Assembly (NCBI RefSeq): GCF_022844385.1 | Contig: NZ_JALHLX010000004.1 | Coordinates: 14,832-78,831, forward strand | DNA length: 64,000 nucleotides | Origin: Hydrogenophaga sp. | GTDB lineage: Bacteria; Pseudomonadota; Gammaproteobacteria; Burkholderiales; Burkholderiaceae_C | Direction of reading: 5' to 3' | Part shown: piece after piece, positions 36,755 through 45,222 of the stretch | Numbering within the stretch: the stretch's first letter is position 1 | How the letters are laid out: each line of letters starts with the position of its first letter | Notes under the pieces: generated by a model | What the model saw: only the letters and a program-made list of their open reading frames with translations | What the model was told of the DNA's origin: nothing | Database searches by the model: none | Program-made: the position numbers and the translations under genes

Positions 36755-37174
36755 ATGCATTTGCAAGCCTTGCGCCCGAAACAAGGGACCAGCCTCCTAC
36801 AACTTCACAATCTGTTGGACGGCAGGGGATGGAGATCGGCCATGCCGACGTCTCTGCCCGACACCGTGCTGCTTCGCCTTGCACTGGACTTTCGATGTGT
36901 CGAGGCTGGCTCGGGCACACTTGAATCCGGGACGAAGGACGAAGAGCCCTCGCTTACCGCCGCCTTGTATGTCGTCATGAACCTACTAATGCAACACCCT
37001 GATAGCGCCGGAGACAAGAGCGAACTGCAGATATCGGACGCGGGATTGATGCGTGCCTTCCAGATCTACCAGGTGGGCCTTGAACGCGAAATCGTGACCC
37101 GTATCACCGGGCTTTCGACCTCCACATCGCCGGACGCCCTCGCCGAAGAAATGTTGCGGTGCGCGGATGAGTGA
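36755..37174 (+). CDS. Hypothetical protein
   Basis: ATG after CAGGAAG; first gene of a tightly packed four-gene run. Confidence 0.55.
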   Translation: MHLQALRPKQGTSLLQLHNLLDGRGWRSAMPTSLPDTVLLRLALDFRCVEAGSGTLESGTKDEEPSLTAALYVVMNLLMQHPDSAGDKSELQISDAGLMRAFQIYQVGLEREIVTRITGLSTSTSPDALAEEMLRCADE

Positions 37175-37469
37175 AACGGCTGACGACCGGGTCCTGTGGA
37201 CTGCGTGGTGCGACTATTCCGCCACTGGCGAGGGGCGCTCAATCATGGCGTGCATTGCATACGCTCGCACTGGCGACGAGATGCGTGCCCACTTCACCGA
37301 GAAAATCGGCGACTGGTTCGCCAAAGGCTGTGAGGTCCAAAATGGCGTGGTACGAAACGAAATCAGCCGGTTCATCTGGCGCGAGGCGATGCTCGATGCG
37401 GTCGAAGGTTGCGGAAAGCGGCGCGTCTGGGTCGATGCGAATTCGCGGATGCACTTCAATCTCTCCTGA
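37167..37469 (+). CDS. Hypothetical protein
   Basis: The start overlaps the upstream stop; WCDYSATGEGRS motif of unknown meaning. Confidence 0.6.
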   Translation: MSETADDRVLWTAWCDYSATGEGRSIMACIAYARTGDEMRAHFTEKIGDWFAKGCEVQNGVVRNEISRFIWREAMLDAVEGCGKRRVWVDANSRMHFNLS

Positions 37470-37472
37470 ACT

Positions 37473-37823
37473 GTGAATATGTACATACTCGTTCGCGACG
37501 ATGTACCGCTGGGATATGCCATGGTGGCCGTTGCGCACGCGTCACTGGCTGGATATCTGACGTTTCAGCACACGCCAGAGGTACGTGAGTGGCTGAACGG
37601 ACCGTTCTTCAAGGCAGTTTGCAAGGCAAACGCCAAGGAGTTCGAGAACGCGAAGCAGGTTGCAGACCACGTCGTTCTCACCGAATCGGCCCTCGACAAT
37701 CAAGAGGTTGCAATCGTGTACAAGCCGCGAGCCCATTGGCCGAAGATGTTCAAATTTTTGAGGCTGTACCGTGACTCCGCGAGCATGCCGCGTTCGCCCC
37801 AGGGCCCCGCGCCCCGGGCTTGA
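37473..37823 (+). CDS. Divergent peptidyl-tRNA hydrolase 2 (Pth2)-like protein
   Basis: MYILVRDDVPLG...VAHASL, W-x6-KAVCK and ESALDNQEVAIVYKP follow the Pth2 motif order, although the canonical GK and DAGxT are altered. Confidence 0.6.
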   Translation: MNMYILVRDDVPLGYAMVAVAHASLAGYLTFQHTPEVREWLNGPFFKAVCKANAKEFENAKQVADHVVLTESALDNQEVAIVYKPRAHWPKMFKFLRLYRDSASMPRSPQGPAPRA

Positions 37824-38368
37824 AGCGGCTGCCCAAGCTTGGTTCGATCCAAGGCGTTGCCGCCCATCGTATCGATGCCGGAGCGCCGAAAGCTATCGCG
37901 GCCAAGGTGGCAAGCATCGCGATGGTCGCGCAACGCGAGATCGAAGGTCCAACTGGCGTCGACGGCGACGGGCGGCCCGAGCAGCAGCTGTACGTGCTGG
38001 CGGACGCTGGACGTTGCATTGCCATGGTGTTCATCGGCCAGACCGACTATGTCTGGCACCTCGCATGGAACGATGCGAAGCCGGGCGGCGTAGAGCTGCG
38101 GCCAGAGCATGCCACCATGCGTGCCCACCCTGTGATCGCACGCGTATGGGTTGCCGCCAACTACAGGCAACGCGCAATTGCACAAGAGCTCGTGGACCTG
38201 GCGGTAGGCCATTCTGGGTTGGACCGCCAGGCTCTGTGGTGGGAGTTGCCCTTCACCATAGGTGGCAATTCGCGCGTGCGCAAGATCTCACCCGCCGCCT
38301 TCCTGGGTTCCTGCGACCCGGCAGAGATGGGCGAAATCCTTGCCGGCAAAGCGCGCGCGGAGGTCTGA
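37820..38368 (+). CDS. GNAT acetyltransferase with an Eco1/ESCO-like C-terminal motif
   Basis: IARVWVAANYRQRAIAQELVDLA (acetyl-CoA motif A) followed by PFTIGG; the TTG start overlaps the Pth2-like stop. Confidence 0.6.
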   Translation: MKRLPKLGSIQGVAAHRIDAGAPKAIAAKVASIAMVAQREIEGPTGVDGDGRPEQQLYVLADAGRCIAMVFIGQTDYVWHLAWNDAKPGGVELRPEHATMRAHPVIARVWVAANYRQRAIAQELVDLAVGHSGLDRQALWWELPFTIGGNSRVRKISPAAFLGSCDPAEMGEILAGKARAEV

Positions 38369-39730
38369 AAGGCCGGACGGAGGCCAAGCACTGCCGGCGG
38401 CCAGATTCGGCATCGGATCGAGCGCGTCGAGAACACTGCCACCGCCCTGCTCCAACTTGGACGGCAACAACCGGTCCCCATACCGCCGAATCAGCCGTAA
38501 GGCGCCTGCAAGGCTCATGCGACACCGAAACTCCGTCATCGCCTCGCCCCCCACCTCGACGTGCCGCCATGGCGCTGAGAAGGCAGCCGGTTCGAATTGT
38601 TCATTCCAAGGCACTTCCTCGATCCAGCGCAAGGATCGGATGCGCAGCAGGTTGAGCGCGAAGAGCTTGTACACTTGGTAGCGCGCCGCATAGGCTGCGC
38701 CCGCCGCGTCCTGAGGAAGCCACTGCACGAAGGTGGGCAGCGAGGATCCGAGCCACAAGTGGCCTCGCTCCCAAATCTCCTTGGGCCTGCCCAACTGCAC
38801 CGCCGTGCGCGCCAATGCGACCGCCGTCAGGTGCATGGGACGGGTGATCCGCACCCCTCCGCCATGCGCGTGGTTCAGCTCCGGCAGTAACGAACAGGAA
38901 CCCCCAACCGCTTCGATTTGCTCTTGCAGTTGCCAGACTGCCTGCGCGCGTTCATTGACGGCGAGTTCGTGCCGCTCGGCGTACTTCAGCGTCGCTCCGA
39001 ATCGGGGGGTCAGACTCTCGGAGATCATGCGCAATGCCGTTCCGCGATGGAGCGGCCAGGATCGGTGCAGCCCGATCGAGACGCGATGGATGCGCAGGGC
39101 TTCGTGGCGGTACCTGGCGGCCGGGTGATCCAGCCTGAAAAAGTTGCACGCCTGTGCCCGCGGTAGCAGCGCGTCATACAAGCGTTGGAAGGCCTCGGGC
39201 TGCTCGACCCCCTGGGACAAGCAGCTCTCCAGGCTCCCGGTCAGCACGAAGGGGTAGCCGCACGACCAGCAGAAGTTGTGGTGTTCCAAGAACGAGTTGG
39301 TGCTGGTCGGAATGGGACTTCCACACTCGATGCAGCCCACACGCAGTCCGCATCCGTGCACAGGGCACGCGCCTACCGAGAGGTGCTGAAACATCGCCGT
39401 GTGCCAACCCTGGGAGAGGCAGTCTTGGCAATACCGAAACTCGCCGACCAGGATGTGGCCGGCTTCTACGTCGCCCAGGAGCGACGCGCCCACGCTGTCG
39501 CGCCAGAACCGACTCGGAAACCCGAAGGCATGCCCATGGGCTTCCCGATAGCTTTCGATGTGGAAGACGTTGTGGTCGTTGCGGCGAACTGAACCTTGAA
39601 TCCGGCGCCCGTCTGCGAAGGTCCATGCGTGGCGGTGGGCCAGCGCCGTCAGCAGCATCACGGCCGACGGAGTGGCGCCGCCGACGCCACGCTGCCCGAG
39701 CTGCTCCACGATGGCATTACCGAGCGACAT
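38288..39730 (-). CDS. tniQ: TniQ/TnsD-like target-selector protein (480 aa)
   Basis: FRYCQDCL...FQHLSVGACPVHGCGL...CIECG...FCWSCG zinc-finger array typical of TniQ; last gene of the transposition operon. Confidence 0.75.
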   Translation of the reverse strand: MSLGNAIVEQLGQRGVGGATPSAVMLLTALAHRHAWTFADGRRIQGSVRRNDHNVFHIESYREAHGHAFGFPSRFWRDSVGASLLGDVEAGHILVGEFRYCQDCLSQGWHTAMFQHLSVGACPVHGCGLRVGCIECGSPIPTSTNSFLEHHNFCWSCGYPFVLTGSLESCLSQGVEQPEAFQRLYDALLPRAQACNFFRLDHPAARYRHEALRIHRVSIGLHRSWPLHRGTALRMISESLTPRFGATLKYAERHELAVNERAQAVWQLQEQIEAVGGSCSLLPELNHAHGGGVRITRPMHLTAVALARTAVQLGRPKEIWERGHLWLGSSLPTFVQWLPQDAAGAAYAARYQVYKLFALNLLRIRSLRWIEEVPWNEQFEPAAFSAPWRHVEVGGEAMTEFRCRMSLAGALRLIRRYGDRLLPSKLEQGGGSVLDALDPMPNLAAGSAWPPSGLSDLRARFAGKDFAHLCRVAGTQEGGG

Positions 39731-40661
39731 AGTGACGCAGCACCCTGTGCAGACCGGCCTTCTTCATCGCAGCCTTCGCCCTCGCCGCGTCGATCACGCT
39801 CTGCGGGTCGGCGGCCAGGTGGAGGAACATCGAATTCAACGCTGGGCGCAAGTAAGCAAAGGGAAGCCGGACCGCGGTGGCGGTGAGGTTGTCATCGGTC
39901 AAGAGGGAGGTGACGGCCTCCTCAATGGACCGCGCCAATTCGGTGATTGACCAGCCTTGCCGAGCCCGATCCGGAAAGTGGCGGGTGGTAAATTCCAGAC
40001 CTTCTCCCTCCATGTTCGTCAGGAGCGCCGCGATGTCTTCGATAGTCAGCCCGTGGTAGATCTCCATGCCCTGGAAGAACCTGCCGATCGTTTGCAGGTA
40101 GTTGTTCTGGAAGGCCAGGTCGATGGTGGCTTTCATCTCCGGCTGACCGATGGACAGCATGTGGGGCACGAACCCTGCCCTGCGCAAGTCCGATGCAAGA
40201 CTCATGAACACCGGGTACAGCTCGTGCGGGATGTTCTGCAGATCGTCGATGATCAGAACCACCCGCTTGACGCGCAGCGCCCTGCACCTGGCAACAATCA
40301 TACCGAGCACGCGGCTATAGATCGTCACCAGATCCCGACCCGCAGCAGCGGTGCTGTCCAGGCAAAGAAGGCACCTCCTGAGCACAGCCTCCGGCGTCTT
40401 CGGCTTCATGAGCAGGAACTCGAAGATGAAAGCCGCCGTGGCGGGTAGCATCGCCGGGAGGACTTGCTCGATGTACTTGGCAAATTCGCTCTTGCCCACG
40501 CGCTGGATGCCCCAGATGTGCCCACCTTCCAGCTCGCACTCCACCCAGTCGGCCACCACGATGGCTTTGCGTTCGATCTCGGGCGTCCAGATGGGCCGGT
40601 TCGGAAAGAAGCCACCCCTTTCGTCCGTGTTGGATGACAGGTTTAGGTGGTCGCTCATCAC
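39717..40661 (-). CDS. tnsC: TnsC/TniB-like AAA+ ATPase
   Basis: Walker A GIQRVGKS, Walker B VLIIDDLQN, SIGQPE, IGRF. Confidence 0.75.
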   Translation of the reverse strand: MMSDHLNLSSNTDERGGFFPNRPIWTPEIERKAIVVADWVECELEGGHIWGIQRVGKSEFAKYIEQVLPAMLPATAAFIFEFLLMKPKTPEAVLRRCLLCLDSTAAAGRDLVTIYSRVLGMIVARCRALRVKRVVLIIDDLQNIPHELYPVFMSLASDLRRAGFVPHMLSIGQPEMKATIDLAFQNNYLQTIGRFFQGMEIYHGLTIEDIAALLTNMEGEGLEFTTRHFPDRARQGWSITELARSIEEAVTSLLTDDNLTATAVRLPFAYLRPALNSMFLHLAADPQSVIDAARAKAAMKKAGLHRVLRHYVAR

Positions 40662-42736
40662 AACTTCCTGGGCACGACAAAGCGGCGTACCAGCGCGGTT
40701 GGCACCTCGGGAGCAACAGCAGGGGTGGCAGCCGGCCGAAGGGGCGGCACGTTCGAGGAGAAGTCCTCAGGCAACGGCTGGCCATCCACCTGCAGGGGCG
40801 GCGGCAGAGGCAACCGATCGGGGACCATGACTGCATCGACGTCCAGAAACTCGTCGCCGGCTCCCACGGCAAGGACCTGATCCTGGATCGCCTCGGATGG
40901 CAACTGGCGCTTGAGGTAGCGCATGATGTAGGCGTACTCCAGAGCCGCTTGACTGTCATGCTTGGCGCGTTCGGCCAGGTGGCGCAGAACGCCAAAGAGT
41001 GGGGAGTCACCGGGTCGAGACCGGTAACGCGCGTCTGAACGGTTCTTGCTGATGATCTCCAGCATCCGCTGGTCGTGCGGCACGTTTGCCATGGGGCCCT
41101 CGCACGTGACGACGTTGAAGGTCGCGAATGACTGGTCCACCAGTTCCAGGGTGCGCAGGTCCTCGTAGTCGTACATAGCAAAGAGCTTCTTGCCGCCCAG
41201 GCCGGGCTGGACCTTCAGCCATGGGGACGCATAGCGGCGCTGCTTGTAGAGTACGAAGTTGCCGCGGTTGTCCTTGAGATCGCAGTGCACTGTGACCGGC
41301 CAGGGTTCGCAGAAGTTGTGCGGTTTGCGACGGATCTCTGGCAGGTAGTTGCACTTGATCTTGTCGGTCAGCACCAGGCGCGCCAACCGCGTGAAGGAGT
41401 CCAGGTAGCCCGCTCCGGAACTCTCCATCACGTTCTGGTTGGCGAAATAGACGTCCAGCGCCTGCTCCAAGAGCCCGATTTGCACGCGCTTGCCCACCGG
41501 GATCGCGGCCCGCTCGCGCACGGGATCCTGCGGTCCCGTGCCCGTGGTCCCCGGCAACTGGTGGACCAGAGCGCGCACCAGGTGGCCGAACGAGCTTTCG
41601 ATGTCGGGACGGCCCTTCGGCCGCCCCGGTATGCCGAGCAACACCCGCCCACCGAAGAGTCGCTGCAAAAGGGTTTGCAGCGGGTTGAACAGGTGCGACA
41701 GCGCGTTATCCAAATAGACCAGGATCGGCACCGCATAGCGAAGCGGCTCGAACACGTTCTGCGGGAAACCTGCGCCCTTTTCGTACTGAATGGTGGCCTC
41801 CACGCAGTCGACGGCCGGTTGACCAAGGACCGCGTTTCGGAACAGTCGGATGATGTCGGACCCGGCCGCCTGCTGCCGCAGGCACATGTGCCAGGCGATG
41901 TTGCAAGCGACGTTGCCAATCGAGCGGCAGCGCAGGACCTGGAATTGGCTGAGCGCCACGAACTCGACGTCCCAGCGCGCCATCGGTAGCTCAATCACCG
42001 CTTCCAGGTCGACCTTCATCTCGTCGATCACCCATACGGTGTAGGGCATGGGTGGCGTGCGCGAGGTTCCATCCCCCAACTCGTAGAGCGCGGCCACGGC
42101 CGCAGCCGATCCGTGCTGCTTTTCGATGTGGCGGCGGCGGTTCTCGAACTGGTACACCTTCTCGTACCAGCCTTGCAAGGGCTCATAGCCCTTGCCCTTG
42201 GTATTGAGCGGGTAGTCGGTGGCGCACAGGCCCTCGTCCTTGCAGATCTCGATAAACTTGGCGTGCATGAGATGGGGCGTCACCGTGTTAGGACGCTCCT
42301 TGCCGTTAAGGAACTCGGTCAGGCGCCGGAAAATTTCCGGGCGATCCTTTACGAGCTTCTTGAAAAGGCCGGCGTAGCCGCCGAACTTGCTGGTCTTGCC
42401 GGCCGGAACCTTGCGTTCGCGTGCTGCCTGCACCCGGTTGCGAACGAACGCGCGGGTTCCGCAGATCTGGTCGGTCCCGGCCTGCGCGCCGAGCGCGCGC
42501 ACCATAAGATGGAAGAACTGCGTCTCGCTCAAACCGGCAAGCTTTTTGACCTCGCGGAAGGGCGCCTGATTGAGAAACGCCGTGGCTGCCCTGGTCAAGG
42601 CGATAAGGCGCGCCCTCTTCTTGAGGTCCGGCACGGTGTTGGGATCGACTGCCGGCCAGTTGGAGATGTCTCGCCACTGCGGGGGGATCGCGAGGTAGAA
42701 GGCCGCTCTTCGCAGCTCCTTGCGCGCCTCGATCAT
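40658..42736 (-). CDS. tnsB: TnsB/TniA-like DDE transposase (692 aa)
   Basis: WVIDEMKVD (D1), YLDNALSH (D2), PKGRPDIESSF (E, 37 residues after D2); coupled to both neighbours. Confidence 0.8.
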   Translation of the reverse strand: MIEARKELRRAAFYLAIPPQWRDISNWPAVDPNTVPDLKKRARLIALTRAATAFLNQAPFREVKKLAGLSETQFFHLMVRALGAQAGTDQICGTRAFVRNRVQAARERKVPAGKTSKFGGYAGLFKKLVKDRPEIFRRLTEFLNGKERPNTVTPHLMHAKFIEICKDEGLCATDYPLNTKGKGYEPLQGWYEKVYQFENRRRHIEKQHGSAAAVAALYELGDGTSRTPPMPYTVWVIDEMKVDLEAVIELPMARWDVEFVALSQFQVLRCRSIGNVACNIAWHMCLRQQAAGSDIIRLFRNAVLGQPAVDCVEATIQYEKGAGFPQNVFEPLRYAVPILVYLDNALSHLFNPLQTLLQRLFGGRVLLGIPGRPKGRPDIESSFGHLVRALVHQLPGTTGTGPQDPVRERAAIPVGKRVQIGLLEQALDVYFANQNVMESSGAGYLDSFTRLARLVLTDKIKCNYLPEIRRKPHNFCEPWPVTVHCDLKDNRGNFVLYKQRRYASPWLKVQPGLGGKKLFAMYDYEDLRTLELVDQSFATFNVVTCEGPMANVPHDQRMLEIISKNRSDARYRSRPGDSPLFGVLRHLAERAKHDSQAALEYAYIMRYLKRQLPSEAIQDQVLAVGAGDEFLDVDAVMVPDRLPLPPPLQVDGQPLPEDFSSNVPPLRPAATPAVAPEVPTALVRRFVVPRKL

Positions 42737-43569
42737 TGCAGCACCTCCTGCGGGCGCAGCACGCGGTAGTTGTCCTGCGACAGGTCCAGGCGCAGCAGGC
42801 CGTGGCAGTGCATCCAGGCCAAGCGCGCATCAGCCAGTTGCGGTGACACACCCAGGGCCGTCACCAAGCGGCCACGGTCGGTGTCTCCGCAGGCATCCAG
42901 CGCCGAGGCGATCCGCACATCGAGCTCGAGCCCTTCGTCTTCATGGATCGCGCCGGCCTGACGCAGCAGTTCCATGCGCCAGAAGACGTCCACGTTGGAG
43001 CGCACTTGCGCGAAGGTGGTCACCACGACCTGCGCATCAAGCGCGCGGCCAACGCGCTTGAGTGTGTTGATCCGAGAGCGAGAGCATTCTTCTGTCTTGC
43101 AAACCAGATGCAGGCGGCTTGCGCCGGTTCTGCGGCTGGTGACGACGAAGGTGGCGACGGCCTCGCAGGTCTGCCCCTCCACCTCGGCGACAACCGGCGC
43201 CGCCTTCACGGTGATTGCGGTTGTGTCCGGATCGAACCGTACGTGCAACCAGCCCTCGTATTCGTAGGCGTGAGCGAACTGCACGTGCTGTCGGGAAATC
43301 GGGTCGTAGCAGCGACTGACTGCGCCACGAAATTCGGCATAACGCCCAGTGCGTCCGCCCCAGCGGGTAAAGTCTTTCATGGTGTGTAGGTCTCGAAGAC
43401 CCATGGAGGCGGCCACCGCATGCGCGGGCCAGAGCCACAGGGATTTCTTCAGATGGCGCCGCTGATGCGGTACCACGCGCTTGAGGGATCGCGTCCTCGA
43501 TCCCAGGCCGCCCCGTTTAAGGCACGGCCTGACCTCAGGGCTTGACAGCCCAGCCATTTGCGCCGACAC
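42733..43569 (-). CDS. tnsA: TnsA-like endonuclease
   Basis: QFAHAYEYEGWLHVRFDPD resembles the TnsA N-terminal ES-x-E...DP segment; C-terminal winged-helix-like LAWMHCHGLLRLDL; ATGA-coupled to the transposase. The start may be 43404 or 43380. Confidence 0.55.
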   Translation of the reverse strand: MSAQMAGLSSPEVRPCLKRGGLGSRTRSLKRVVPHQRRHLKKSLWLWPAHAVAASMGLRDLHTMKDFTRWGGRTGRYAEFRGAVSRCYDPISRQHVQFAHAYEYEGWLHVRFDPDTTAITVKAAPVVAEVEGQTCEAVATFVVTSRRTGASRLHLVCKTEECSRSRINTLKRVGRALDAQVVVTTFAQVRSNVDVFWRMELLRQAGAIHEDEGLELDVRIASALDACGDTDRGRLVTALGVSPQLADARLAWMHCHGLLRLDLSQDNYRVLRPQEVLQ

Positions 43570-43680
43570 TGCTGCTCAAGGTTCCCCAACCTGAGAGCAG
43601 TGACGACGCCGCCCAGCTTGCTGTGCGGCGTTTTCCATTTTGGGTGGTCTACGGACGGTGTTTCGGTTCTTTGCTCGTCG

Positions 43681-43947
43681 CTAGTCCTTTCCGGGCGACT
43701 CGCCCGCAGCCCGGACCGGTCCCAGCTTCGCCAGGATGCCGGCCCTCCAGTTGCGCACTTCGCTGGCGCTCGCGAACCACCCGCGGCGCCCCTCAATCTT
43801 CACCAGCATGATTGGCAGGCGGCCACCGCGAGCCGCCGCGCGAAATGCTTCTCCCGTACGAAAGCCCAGCGCCTCGCGCAACGCGGCGCCTCCGAGGAGT
43901 TCCTCTTCGTCCAGAGTCTGAGCGTACAGGCCGACTTTTGGCATCAT
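43681..43947 (-). CDS. Small putative DNA-binding (AlpA/excisionase-like) protein
   Basis: 88 aa, ALREALGFRTGEAFRAAARGGRLPI...RRGWFASASEV; leads the transposition operon. Confidence 0.55.
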   Translation of the reverse strand: MMPKVGLYAQTLDEEELLGGAALREALGFRTGEAFRAAARGGRLPIMLVKIEGRRGWFASASEVRNWRAGILAKLGPVRAAGESPGKD

Positions 43948-44012
43948 TCATCCAACTACCGTCAAGTTGCGCAGGTTACGAATCGAGCGACGACTCCGTC
44001 TAGCGTTGAGGC

Positions 44013-44055
44013 AGTAATTCAATTCAGCAGTAAAACTTGTTTAGTAATTCATTTC
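44013..44055 (+). repeat. Direct repeat AGTAATTCA(A/T)TTC, two copies 30 nt apart
   Basis: 44013-44025 AGTAATTCAATTC and 44043-44055 AGTAATTCATTTC (12/13 identical) in an AT-rich divergent promoter gap. Confidence 0.6.
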
Positions 44056-44891
44056 TGCGCGCAGTTCCAGCCGAACGCGTGATCGACTTGGTCCCGCGGT
44101 CCTCTCTTTGGGCGAAGCCGACGATGTATCGGGCGCAAAGAGCGATCCAGCGCTGGAAGACGAAGGCGGTGCTTCAGGCACTGTTGGACGAGACCGGCGC
44201 CTCGGGACCCTACGACCTCGAATCCAAGCTGATCGAGGCCTACGGGGATGCCCTAGGGCCCCGGTGCAGTGCCTTCGACCGGATGAAAAAACTTGGGCAG
44301 CCGGATGTCGAGAAGAATTTGTCGCGGCTTGCACGGGACCCAGCCAATGCCTCCAGGTGGATGTACCACGCAACCCTCTATGCGCCCGAAGCGCTCGCTG
44401 TGTTGCGGGAGGTAGTCTGGCGATTGCTCGACCCGACGCCCATCGGATATGTCGAGTTGTCAGACCTGTACGAGCGCCGCTATCCGACGTGGGAGGTGCC
44501 ACGCGGCATCAAGGTCGTGCTCGACGATCTGGAAGGATTCCCAGACTATGAATGGGTACATGTCAGGACCGGAGCTCTAAAGCAAAGGCGGGGCCTGACG
44601 GACGCGCTGTATGCCATGCGCAGCGCTGAACTACGGGGCAAGGAACGCGAGTACCACCTGCATCTATTGGGTGCGATGGAGCGACTCGCGAGCAAAGAAT
44701 TGGACCCTGATTTGCAACTACTGGGGGTTGAGTGTTGTGACTACTTGGCGACTTGCTTCGGCCGCATTGAGGTCCCGCAATCGGTCCGCCGGGACAAGGT
44801 GATGGAACTTCGTCTAGGGCTTTCCGCTTACCTGGGCGCCGATCCGTTTGGTGTTATTACGGGCGGCGAACTCGAGTGGTGTCCGCGTTGA
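44037..44891 (+). CDS. Hypothetical protein, divergent from the transposition operon
   Basis: 284-codon ORF; the true start is more likely GTG 44079 or ATG 44124. No family recognised. Confidence 0.6.
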   Translation: MFSNSFLRAVPAERVIDLVPRSSLWAKPTMYRAQRAIQRWKTKAVLQALLDETGASGPYDLESKLIEAYGDALGPRCSAFDRMKKLGQPDVEKNLSRLARDPANASRWMYHATLYAPEALAVLREVVWRLLDPTPIGYVELSDLYERRYPTWEVPRGIKVVLDDLEGFPDYEWVHVRTGALKQRRGLTDALYAMRSAELRGKEREYHLHLLGAMERLASKELDPDLQLLGVECCDYLATCFGRIEVPQSVRRDKVMELRLGLSAYLGADPFGVITGGELEWCPR

Positions 44892-45222
44892 TCCGCTGAG
44901 GTGTGGGATCGGCAGGATCGTTGGAACAATGAGCCTATCCGGCGCGATCCCCTGCAACTGACCCTTAATGGATTCGAGCACGGCGAATAGACCTAGTAGG
45001 ATTCATGGGCCAATTTGCGCGTACTCGGTCAAAATGCTTTTGAATTCAGCATCTTAGATGACCTGGGTTGTCCCACCTCTGTCACCCGCCTTATGGAGGC
45101 ACTGCCTCCTTGCTATGCGGGGAAACACCAGCAGCCCGATTTCGGTGCACCCCAGAGCGTCAACCTACAATTCACACGCTTGTCTCAACCCGTTCGGCGG
45201 ACCATTTGACCGCTACTGAAAG

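Larger units (their letters stand above)
38288..43947 (-). mobile_element. Tn7-like transposition module (small DNA-binding gene, tnsA, tnsB, tnsC, tniQ); ends not located
   Basis: Gene order, overlapping start/stop codons and catalytic motifs. No terminal repeats or target duplication identified by eye. Confidence 0.72.

Noticed and set aside
44902-44910. TGTGGG as a Tn7-like terminal sequence
   Set aside because: It faces the wrong way for this end, is only 6 bp and has no adjacent repeated TnsB sites.
45095-45109. Hairpin GGAGGC-ACT-GCCTCC as a terminator or riboswitch
   Set aside because: A 6-bp stem with no U-tract and no recognisable aptamer; not enough support.
36350-45200. CRISPR-associated transposon (CAST)
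   Set aside because: No cas6/7/8/12k-like ORF and no repeat-spacer array were seen near the tns genes.
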